Shown here piece after piece: positions 41,707-52,693 of a stretch of 64,000 nt of DNA. This DNA is from Macrostomum lignano (Eukaryota). The number at the start of each line of letters is the position of its first letter. The stretch's first letter is position 1. Under the pieces are notes generated by a model. It was not told where the DNA came from. It saw only the letters and a program-made list of their open reading frames with translations, and ran no database searches. The translations under genes and the position numbers were made by a program. The stretch covers positions 1 through 64,000 of the forward strand of contig NIVC01000268.1 of NCBI GenBank assembly GCA_002269645.1, given 5' to 3'.

Positions 41707-43812
41707 TCAGCGCGAACCGGAGCGAGAGCGCGAGCGCGAACGAGAATGAGACGGCGAACGAGAGTGCGACGGCGAGCGCGACATCGAAGCGGCGCCACGG
41801 CGATCATTGTCCTCGTCGTCGTAGTTGTCGCGGCCTGAAGCTGGCGGCAGCGGTGCCATCGGCGATGGCGAGCGATGCTGAGGCGGCGGAGAGCCCGATG
41901 AAGCTCGGCGACGCCTATTATCTTCGCCGCCTCCGTTCTCGTCGGTGGCGTCACGTCGTCTGCTGCGGTCTCGGTCGCTGCGGTCACGGTCGCCGCGGTC
42001 GCTGCGGTCACGGTCGCCGCGGTCGCTGCGGTCACGGTCGCCACGGTCGCTGCCGCGATGATGCCGAGATTCGCGGTCATCGCCTCCGCCGCCTCGGCTG
42101 CCGCTGCCAGCTGGCGAGCGAGACGATCGACGGCCGCGCCCGGAGCTGCGACGCGGGGAACGCGGCGAGCGGCTGCGCAGGTAGGGGGGGGGGTGGGTGC
42201 GTCGGCGGCTGTGCTGGAAGGGGAATTACATCCCTTCTACCACTTCCTACCCGTAGTTCTACCTCTCCCACCTGTAATTCTACCACATTTCCCTGTAATT
42301 CTACCATTTGCTACCTGTTAGTCTACCATTTTCTACATGTTAGTCTACCATTTTCTACATGTTAGTCTACCATTTTCTACATGTTAGTCTGCCATTTGCT
42401 ACCTGTTAGTCTACCATTTTTTACATGTTAGTCTACCATTTTCTATCTGTATTTTTACCTCTTTTACCTGTAATTTTAGTAATTTCTACCTACAATTTTA
42501 CGAATTACTGCCTGTATTTCTACCAATTTCGACCTGTAATTATACCACTTTCTATCATACTCGTATAAACAGATTTATGCTTCTGAACCACTCCATTCCC
42601 AAGTTTCGCATTAACTTTTCATTTCTCTCTCGACCTCTGTTCTAATCGACAAGACTCTCAACTCTCACCTCCTGTCCCTACGATCCCTACGGTCTCGGTC
42701 CCTGTCCCGGTCGCGACCACGGTCCCTGTCCCGGTCGTCCCGTTCGCGCCGATGATCCATATGGTCGCGTTCCTTCTGTATGCGCATCATCTCTGCAGGG
42801 GTGCGCCTGTAGCCGCGGGCAATCTCAATTTCAATAGTCCGGCCCAGCAGCTGGGTTCGGTCCATCCGGCGGATAGCTTCGCGGGCGTCGCTCGTGCGGT
42901 CGAACGTAAACGATTGTTTTTAAATTCAATCGAATCGCGGTTAAGCCCACGACGAGAAGATTTATCGAGTTAAGGAATTTTTCAAGTTTTTTTAGGTTGA
43001 CACAGAAAATAAAACGAAAAACTTCCTAGCTTACCTACTGCCGATCAGTAAGTAGTGCAGATTGGGCGTCGAAGTATAAATAAGATAAGAAAAAAATAAT
43101 TTCACTAGCTTAAATTTCAAAGACAGCTGTAGCAACCAATGGATTTCCCAACAGATATTTTATGTATCGATCTGGGGAAATTATCAGTTTGCTACTCAGA
43201 TTAGAAATCCAGCTAGTGAAATCTTTTACAAAAAACAGGTAACGAGTGCCTCGCTTAGAAATTTAAATTGGCTGACTGACTGACTGATTAGACACAATTG
43301 CTTGGCTGTTGTTGGCCTTGGATGACAGCAGTTGCTTTTAGGACTAGGGCTTTGGCTAGGGCCGTGTCTGCAACTTCAAGCAAGCTGACAGTTGACAGTC
43401 TGGCTGTCAGTCGAACTCAGTGTTGAAACACCGGTTGCTGGTTAGTGTGCATTGGCTTTAGTCCAGAGACAGGATTGAATAGGTCTTAGTGATAGGACTG
43501 ATTGACTGATTGGTTGGTTGGTTTTCAGAATAGTTTCCTGCAGATATTTAAAGTTGATTTGGTTATTAATTTACAACAAAACAGACAACTGCAATGCAGA
43601 GCCTACAAGATATAAAAATGCGTATATTGTAAACCAGCCAGGCAAAATTATTGAACTGAAACGAGTACATTACTAAAAAATGAATTAAACTTATAGAAAA
43701 AGGATATTCTACAAATGCATACCCTTTCATTCGGCCGGTGTAGTAGTCCAATGGAATGGTTATATCCGTGATGTAGCCAAACTTGGAGAAGGCACGACGG
43801 AGATCATCTTGC
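41707..43812 (-). CDS. SRSF10: SRSF10/SRSF12-like serine/arginine-rich splicing factor (first coding exon not located)
   Basis: Exons 43812-43708 (QDDLRRAFSKFGYITDITIPLDYYTGRMKGYAFVE), 42905-42669 (FDRTSDAREAIRRMDRTQLLGRTIEIEIARGYRRTPAEM; RD repeats), 42208-41707 (RS/RD tail ending SRSRSRSGSR*). All phase 2. The RRM matches the SRSF10 pattern PLDFYT..RGFAYVQF..A..G.RKTP..M. Confidence 0.88.
42270..42555. repeat. 22-bp minisatellite (CTACCATTTTCTACATGTTAGT), last intron of the SR gene
   Basis: Tandem, partly degenerate. Confidence 0.85.
42906..43707 (-). other. U12-type (minor spliceosome) AT-AC intron, 802 bp
   Basis: Donor ATATCCTTT at 43707; branch-site TTCCTTAAC at 42977-42969 and a second CTTAAC at 42945-42940; acceptor TTTAC at 42906. 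Removal gives in-frame VE|FD. Confidence 0.92.
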
Positions 43813-44721
43813 CTGCGGATTAATGATATCAAATAAATTGAGCCAAATATCATTTCAAATATGTAAATTACAATAAGAAAAGTTTCAAATTTAAACACAA
43901 AGTAACAGAACATTGGTATCTAGTATAAAGCATTTTATAACCCAAATCCTAACACTCCATTTCATGCACCTAATTGATCATTTGCTAAGTCAAGAGTTGA
44001 GTATTGGTGTTGTAGCTCATAGATAAAGGGGTGTATTAAGATTTGAGAAAGCTTTAGAAGGAATGAAGAACTGAGAAGTTTGAGTCTGTAGAGTCAAGAG
44101 TGTTAGGGATTATGGGCTTATGGCTCATATTTTGTATGAAATGTAGCAATATATATAATATAAATATGACAAAATCCAAAAATCAAGGGGATTTTTTTTG
44201 GAAACTGTTATTTGACATTTGAAAGGAATAAGGTTATAAAATGAACTGATTTAGTTCAAACCATTTTTAAAATCTATGAAAGCACAAATTATCTGGGTAT
44301 AGCCTTATCTTCATTAAAATGAGTTGTTAAATGTTGAATTAAATTAGGACTGAAATTACTATTATAAAAATGAGAGAAAAGCTCTCATAATGCATTTATC
44401 AACTTTAAGAATGCTCTATACTAGTTGGATTCTATAACACTAGGACATATTTTGACATCATGGGGGATTCATTGAGATGTCAAGGCTTATATGGGAATTG
44501 GCTAAGACGTCAATTCTTATAAGGGGAATTGCTGAGGTTATTGCAAGAAGCTACATATAGTTTATTAAAAAATGTATTTTATTCATTGTTAGTATATGCC
44601 TATATATGCCAAATACATTATCTTATTCAAAGCTTCATATTGCCAATCTTGAGATATAATAGACTAATGAGTTTTATATTTAATTCCAATTAAATGAAGT
44701 TAAAAACTTAAAATGATTATA

Positions 44722-47400
44722 TTCGTATTTGGATTTGGCTTCTTTAGAAACTTGTGAAAATTTGTATTTGGTCTATCATTATTTGAAACAGTTTGAGTCT
44801 ATTTTGGTGAAAGCATGCTCACACTTTCAAATCTATGCCAGTGTTGCAACAATAAATGACTTTTGGATTTGGCTTTAGAAACTTGTGAAAATTTGTATTT
44901 GGTCTATCATTATTTCAAACAGTTTGAGTCTATTTTGGTGAAAGCATGCTCACACTTTCAAATCTATGCCAGTGTTGCAACAATAAATGACTTTTGGATT
45001 TGGCTTTAGAAACTTGTGAAAATTTGTATTTGGTCTATCATTATTTCAAACAGTTTGAGTCTATTTTGGTGAAAGCATGCTCACACTTTCAAATCTATGC
45101 CAGTGTTGCAACAATAAATGACTTTTGGATTTGGCTTCAGAAACTTGTGAAAATTTGTATTTGGTCTATCATTATTTGAAACAGTTTGAGTCTATTTTGG
45201 TGAAAGCATGCTCACACTTTCAAATCTATGCCAGTGTTGCAACAATAAATGACTTTTGGATTTGGCTTTAGAAACTTGTGAAAATTTGTATTTGGTCTAT
45301 CATTATTTGAAACAGTTTGAGTCTATTTTGGTGAAAGCATGCTCACACTTTCAAATCTATGCCAGTGTTGCAACAATAAATGACTTTTGGATTTGGCTTT
45401 AGAAACTTGTGAAAATTTGTATTTGGTCTATCATTATTTCAAACAGTTTGAGTCTATTTTGGTGAAAGCATGCTCACACTTTCAAATCTATGCCAGTGTT
45501 GCAACAATAAATGACTTTTGGATTTGGCTTCAGAAACTTGTGAAAATTTGTATTTGGTCTATCATTATTTGAAACAGTTTGAGTCTATTTTGGTGAAAGC
45601 ATGCTCACACTTTCAAATCTATGCCAGTGTTGCAACAATAAATGACTTTTGGATTTGGCTTCAGAAACTTGTGAAAATTTGTATTTGGTCTATCATTATT
45701 TCAAACAGTTTGAGTCTATTTTGGTGAAAGCATGCTCACACTTTCAAATCTATGCCAGTGTTGCAACAATAAATGACTTTTGGATTTGGCTTTAGAAACT
45801 TGTGAAAATTTGTATTTGGTCTATCATTATTTGAAACAGTTTGAGTCTATTTTGGTGAAAGCATGCTCACACTTTCAAATCTATGCCAGTGTTGCAACAA
45901 TAAATGACTTTTGGATTTGGCTTCAGAAACTTGTGAAAATTTGTATTTGGTCTATCATTATTTCAAACAGTTTGAGTCTATTTTGGTGAAAGCATGCTCA
46001 CACTTTCAAATCTATGCCAGTGTTGCAACAATAAATGACTTTTGGATTTGGCTTTAGAAACTTGTGAAAATTTGTATTTGGTCCATCATTATTTCAAACA
46101 GTTTGAGTCTATTTTGGTGAAAGCATGCTCACACTTTCAAATCTATGCCAGTGTTGCAACAATAAATTTTTTTTGGATTTGGCTTTAGAAACTTGTGAAA
46201 ATTTGTATTTGGTCTATCATTATTTCAAACAGTTTGAGTCTATTTTGGTGAAAGCATGCTCACACTTTCAAATCTATGCCAGTGTTGCAACAATAAATGA
46301 CTTTTGGATTTGGCTTCAGAAACTTGTGAAAATTTGTATTTGGTCTATCATTATTTCAAACAGTTTGAGTCTATTTTGGTGAAAGCATGCTCACACTTTC
46401 AAATCTATGCCAGTGTTGCAACAATAAATGACTTTTGGATTTGGCTTCAGAAACTTGTGAAAATTTGTATTTGGTCTATCATTATTTGAAACAGTTTGAG
46501 TCTATTTTGGTGAAAGCATGCTCACACTTTCAAATCTATGCCAGTGTTGCAACAATAAATGACTTTTGGATTTGGCTTCAGAAACTTGTGAAAATTTGTA
46601 TTTGGTCTATCATTATTTGAAACAGTTTGATTCTATTTTGGTGAAAGCATGCTCACACTTTCAAATCTATGCCAGTGTTGCAACAATAAATGACTTTTGG
46701 ATTTGGCTCATACATGTGCAACCTCCAAAATTCGGTCAGCCGTGCGACTTAGTTTTAACAAAAATGCGACGTAGTTTTTGGCCAAAAATGCGACTTACAT
46801 ATAAAAAAACCCGAAAGCAAAATTAACGCAACTTTGGGTAAACGGCAGGAGTAACTATGACTGTTTTATTAAGCTAAAATGCCTCGTCAGCTACTTAGTA
46901 CTACTCTTCAGGTTATTTTTTGGGTGGGCATTTTTGCGACTTCCTTGATTGGCCGCCAAATCGGTCGGCCGGATCGGCCGACTCGGCCGACTGTTGCGCA
47001 TGTATGATTTGGCTTCAGAAACTTGTGAAAATTTGTATTTGGTCTATCATTATTTCAAACAGTTTGAGTCTATTTTGGTGAAAGCATGCTCACACTTTCA
47101 AATCTATGCCAGTGTTGCAACAATAAATGACTTTTGGATTTGGCTTCAGAAACTTGTGAAAATTTGTATTTGGTCTATCATTATTTCAAACAGTTTGAGT
47201 CTATTTTGGTGAAAGCATGCTCACACTTTCAAATCTATGCCAGTGTTGCAACAATAAATGACTTTTGGATTTGGCTTTAGAAACTTGTGAAAATTTGTAT
47301 TTGGTCTATCATTATTTGAAACAGTTTGAGTCTATTTTGGTGAAAGCATGCTCACACTTTCAAATCTATGCCAGTGTTGCAACAATAAATGACTTTTGGA
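44722..47400. repeat. 131-bp satellite, about 18 near-identical copies, interrupted by a MITE
   Basis: Identical ORF starts recur at multiples of 131 bp (45387, 45518, 45780...). Confidence 0.97.
46709..47006. mobile_element. 298-bp MITE with CATACATG termini (hAT- or P-like)
   Basis: TIR CATACATGTGCAAC/GTTGCGCATGTATG; perfect 8-bp TSD ATTTGGCT; subterminal TGCGACTTA motifs. Confidence 0.88.
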
Positions 47401-47411
47401 TTGCATAAGGG

Positions 47412-48268
47412 CAGTGTTAGGTACCAGTCTGTTAATTAGCATTAATCCATTAACAAGCATTAATAGATTGCCATTAAGATTTTTTGCACTATCGGATTAA
47501 CAAATTTGCATTAATAATTTTTAGTTAACAACAAATTTATCATTAACACTAATGGCAAAGAATGACTAAAGACACAAAAAACAAAAATATAAGTATAACA
47601 AAAAGTTGCAACATTACAAATCTATTCAAATTTAACTAAATGCCTAATAAATCTCTTTGTTTGTGACAATTATCATGCAAATATAATAAATTTAATAATG
47701 AATTAAAACTATGAACTTTATTGCTTGCATGTGAGCATCTATTGTTTTGATTCACTTCTTTCCTAATCTTATGATATTTTCTGCTGTACCTGCTAATCCT
47801 ACTGAAACAACCTTCATATTTGTATTTTATTTGTACCTAATTAGCTTTCAAGTTTTAAATAAACAAGTTACTTCTTCTACAATATGCTTACTTTTAGTAG
47901 TAAATTTAGTATATTGTGATATGCCTACAAGTTTTTACAACTGTTATTTAATGCTTTTTAAGCTTGTAAATTGCTTAGATGACCTCTATGTTTTGCTAAA
48001 AAGATAGTGCATTGTAAAGTTTGTTTTTAGAAAAAAAGTGAAAGATTTCTATATTTTCTATGTTAACTTTAACAGATTATTGCTTATTAATGGTTATCAG
48101 TTAATTTTTAGTTTTAACAAAATTAAAAGTTTTGTTAGGTCCCATCTAAGTTAGGTTAGGTTCCAACTTCCATCTAACCTCTCTAAGTTAAGATTGTTTG
48201 TTTTAATGCAAAAACTTTTGCCATTAATAGAAATTAAGATTTTTTTACTGGTGCCCAACACTACACTG
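47412..48268. mobile_element. 857-bp hAT-like non-autonomous element
   Basis: TIR CAGTGTTAGGTACCAGT / ACTGGTGCCCAACACTACACTG; perfect 8-bp TSD CATAAGGG. Confidence 0.8.
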
Positions 48269-48763
48269 CATAAGGGACCCTTTAAGGCAAATAATTTGGT
48301 TGATTTTTTGCTTTTTCACCTATACTACTTATATCACTTATAAGTCAAAAAATTATGCATGCAAAGATTTGTTCAAATGCCTTATTATAAGCTTTAAAAA
48401 CCCAGAAAGATTGAAATTTATGCTTGAAAATTAACTTTTTTTATTGTTTTTTCCACTTAACAAAAACTCTTCCACATGGTTCTATAAGGTGCACCCAAGG
48501 TGGGCATGAACACTATTTTCTTAAGAGTGATGCACGCCAACTGCGCATACCTACTTTTGGTTACTGTCAAAAAGATGGCCTTTTTCATGGAAAATTCCAG
48601 CGCAAAATGGGGTTGGACATACGCCACACAGGCACATTCATGCAACAGCAGGCAAAGGAAAAAAAATCTGGCACAGTATGGCACAAGACAAAAAATTGGC
48701 ATAATTTGGTACAAGACAAAAACTTCCAACTAGACAATATTTTCTCTAATAGAAAATTAGCTT

Positions 48764-49514
48764 GTAATTTCTTTTTATTAGCACTTTTTATTTGCTAGTG
48801 TATTGACTGCTTTTTAATTATTTTACATTAACATTACATTTTCTATGAAATTGATTCAAATACAATACAATTTTACTAAGTTTTTTTTTATGGAAAATTA
48901 CTGATTTTTGCAGTTTTTTTCAGACAGATGCAATACACAGTACAAGCAAACTTTTTAAATAGAATTTATTTTGGCGCATGGTGCAATCAAACTTTTTTGA
49001 TAGGATTAATTTTGGGGCAGGCATGCCATGATGTTGACTATGGCAAGGCCAATGCATGCCCATTTTTTGGGTGTATATTACATGATCTAGAGTGTAGGGG
49101 TTACAGAAGGTGAACCTAAAGTCCAGATCATGCTGGATACATGCCCAAACAAAAATGGAATACTTGCAAATGCACACCAAAAAATTGAGTGCACACTATT
49201 GTTAGGATCATGGCACATCTGCACCAGAATGAATCCTATCAAAAAAGTTTGATTGTGCCATATGCTGGAACAAATCCTATCAAAAAAAGCTTGCTTGCAC
49301 TTGCACTGTGTGCCAAAAAAAATCCTATCAAAATTTGCTCTTGTCATGTACTGCACTTTTTGAAAAAAATGCAAAAACCAGTAATTTTCTGTTTGAAGAA
49401 TATTGGTACAACTTGTATTAGAATCTGTTTCATAGAAAATGCAATGTTAACAAAAATTATTACAAAGCCATCAATACACTGGCAAACAAAAAAGTGCTAA
49501 TAAAAAGAAATCAC
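48764..49514. mobile_element. Foldback-like element with about 330-bp imperfect inverted arms
   Basis: 48764-49050 is the approximate reverse complement of 49200-49514 (e.g. TTTCTTTTTATTAGCACTT / AAGTGCTAATAAAAAGAAA). No clean TSD seen. Confidence 0.65.
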
Positions 49515-49689
49515 ATGGTGAAATCCAAAAACCTGGGATAAAATGGTAAAACAAATCTGCGGACATTCAATGGAAAGTAATGTATCTAAAAAAGGTTTTT
49601 GAAAGATAGATAGGTCTTTAAAAAATAGTTCTGGATAAAAACTATTGTCTTCATACTTCATATCTCTACATATAAAAATCAAAACTCTG

Positions 49690-50225
49690 TGTGTGTGTGT
49701 GTGGACAATTTTGATCGCTATGGACTCCCAAACCACTCAACCAAATTACACCAAACTTTACACCCACCCTAAACTCACTATGGAGAATGTCTTAGGCTAC
49801 CTTTTAATTTCCTAGACTCAAGTCTTCCTACCTAAAAGTACAAAAAACTGCTCAAAATGCGCGATTTTTTCACTAAATCCTCCATAGCGCCGCTCCACTT
49901 TTACCGATTCTCTTCAAATTTGACACAGATAATCTTCAACTATTTTGGAACAATCATGTAAAATTTCGAGTTTCAAAGTTAATCCTGAAGGGCGCTGTGC
50001 ACTTTTAAAGTTAGGCTGCTTTTTTCAGCGTAGCAACCACCCCAACCTCCGCCCGCCTGCCTCTCTTTCTCGATCCCGATCTGGGCCCAGATGTGTAAAA
50101 GGGTTTCAAAATTGACTAACTTTCAGCTGCCATAAGTTTGCTCCAAATAAAGCGATTGACTTCAAACTTGACACAATTCTTCATTGACTCATTCTCTATC
50201 TAAATGTAAAGTTTCAACTCTGTAA
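49690..50225. mobile_element. Possible non-autonomous Helitron/Helentron-associated (HINE/DINE-like) element
   Basis: GT microsatellite followed by recurring ACCGATT..CAAATTTGACAC-type motifs typical of such elements; ends not resolved. Confidence 0.35.
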
Positions 50226-50929
50226 CTCAACAGAAAAAGAAACTGTAAGCATGTGAAGTTTGTCTGCTTTTTCTGTTGTTTGTGCCACTCTCACTCATTC
50301 CCCCAGAGCCAGACGAAGGGTCAGGCAATAGGACTGAATGTACATAGCGAATGTACAGTGTTTTGGAATAACTTTTTAATAGCCTTCTCTGCACCCCCAG
50401 AGTGGAGAGGCTATGTTTAGCCATGACAGTTTAGTGAGAAATTCTAACCACTGCCCTCCCCTCTGTATTGGCAAACTCTGCAGCAGTTTAACAGTGGATG
50501 GCAATTGGCAATTGGCAAATCGAGGGAATCCACTAACCAGCATGGTTTGTAAAAGCGAAAGATTTATGAAAAGGCGATGCGATGCAATGAAATACATACA
50601 ACCCTACTAAATTAGGCACACCATGGAAATTTTAGGTTTCGTTTAAAGGTACCGTGTAAATTTTAAATGGCCTTCTAAGAAATGCGTATTTCCTTGGTTG
50701 TTAGACTGATGCAGACTGCAGTGGAGCTGAAGATACCCAAATTCCTTTCAGGGCTGCAAATTTGCAAGAAAAATGACGTGATCAAAGCATGATAACAACC
50801 ATGAGAGTACTACATCTCACAAACTGGCTTTCCAAGCAGGGATGGGCAGACTTTTACCTCAAAGGCCAGATAAAGAATCCAGCTCATGGCTGAGGGGCAG
50901 ATGAGAGTGGAAAGAAGAAGGAATAGACG

Positions 50930-51600
50930 ATTCGAAGAGAAGAGAAGCGAAAGAGGGGATAAAAGAAAAGATAAAAGATAATAGGAGAGATGAGGGAGTG
51001 AGGACGATGAGAGAGAGGGGAGAAGAGTGGAGAGAGGAAAAGCGAGAGGAGAGAGTAGAGATGAGAGAGCAGAGAGCTGCAGATGAGAGGAGAGAGGAGA
51101 CAGCAGAGAGGAGAGCAGAGAGTAAACAGGTGAAAGAAGAGATGAGAGAGTACAGGGAAGAGAGAAGAGATAAAGATACATCTCTACATCTCTAAGGTTG
51201 TAGAGATGAGAGGTGGAAGGAGAGATGAGAGATGAGAGATAATGGATAGAGGAGAGTGGAGTGAGAGAAGAGAGGGAGACAGAGTATAGAAAAGGGAAGA
51301 GAAGAGAAAAGAAGAAAGGAGAAAGGAAAGTGAGGAGTCAAAAGAGGGGAAAGAAAAGAGTACAGAGGAGAGAGGTGAGAGAACATATAAGACAGAGATG
51401 CCAGATTAAAGAGGGGGATGAGAGAGCAGAGACGAGAGTGAACAGATAAAAGATGGGAAAGTAGAGAGAACAGAGGAGAGGTTACAGAGACGAGAGGAGA
51501 GAGGAGAGACAAAGGTAGAGAAGTGAGTGAGGAGAGGGGAGAGGAAAGGGGAGAATGGAGAGGGGATAGAGTAGAGAGAGAAGAGATAAGAGAGAAAGAC

Positions 51601-51652
<52 letters not shown>

Positions 51653-52060
51653 CAGAGAGAAATGAGAAGAGATAAGAGAGAAAAGATAAAAGAAGAGAAA
51701 GGAAAGATGAGAGAGCAAAGATGATAGAGAAAAGAGGTGAGGGAAGAGACGAGAGAAGAGGGGAGAGATGAGAGAGTAGAGGAGAGAGTTAAGAGAAGAG
51801 AGAAAAGAATAGAAAGGAGAAGGAAGATAAGAAAGAAGAGGGGGTGAGAGGAGAGAGGAGAGGGAGAGAGAGGAGAGAGGAGAGGAGAGAGAAAACAAAA
51901 AAGTAGAGAGGAGAGAGGAGAGGAGAGAGAAAAGAGACAAGAGATGAGATAAGAGAGATGAAAGAGAAGAGAGATGAGGGAAGATACAAGAGAAGAGGGG
52001 AGAGAGGAGAGAGGAGAGACGAGGGACGAGAGAGATGAGACGAAACAAAGAGACGATAGA
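50930..52060. repeat. GA-rich low-complexity tract
   Basis: Polypurine tract; source of Leu/Ser-rich spurious ORFs. Confidence 0.9.
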
Positions 52061-52693
52061 AATTTTAAAGGATCCAAGGGACATAGGGAGAGTCAGGGAG
52101 AGACCAGAGTTTAGCAATATATGTTTTAGAGTCAGACAGACATTGCCTGACATTCTGCGCAGTACCCCAGCCAACAATGTCTCAAACCCTAATTTTACAT
52201 GAATGTGCTCCATTTTATGTCTACCTCTATCCTACTAACTATTAACAAGTTTTTGTTTGTGTATGGCCTTAGATTTCAGAATACATGCAAAAGTAGTTCC
52301 GGGTATTGGAATTCCCCGGGTTCAAAATCCGCGGGTTTCAACAGCTTGTTGTTGAATAAATAAGAAAAAAACCACAAAAAAGCATTTTAAAAGTCCGAGT
52401 TGACTGATTTGCAATTTTTTACTATTTACAAAACAGAAAGTAATCTGAGTTTTACTTTTTATTTGATTCAAATATAGAAATATAGAAATATTTCTAAGGA
52501 TTTCAAAGTTTTTCTAAAACCACATAAAATTGCAAAAATTCATCCTAATTTATAGTGCAAAGTTTGCCAACAAACATCCAATATACTAAAAAAGAAAATC
52601 TTGTTTGTTTGTGTGCAATTCTTTCTCTAAAAGTAAATATATTGCTATTTCCTTGTTGCAAAATAATCTTTAAATACTTTAAATATTTATAGT

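Noticed and set aside
44994-47212. Series of identical 61-87-aa ORFs
   Set aside because: Artefact of the 131-bp satellite.
50227-50424. KTLYIRYV as candidate first exon of the SR gene
   Set aside because: Only superficial similarity to SLFVRNV and no suitable phase-2 donor after it.
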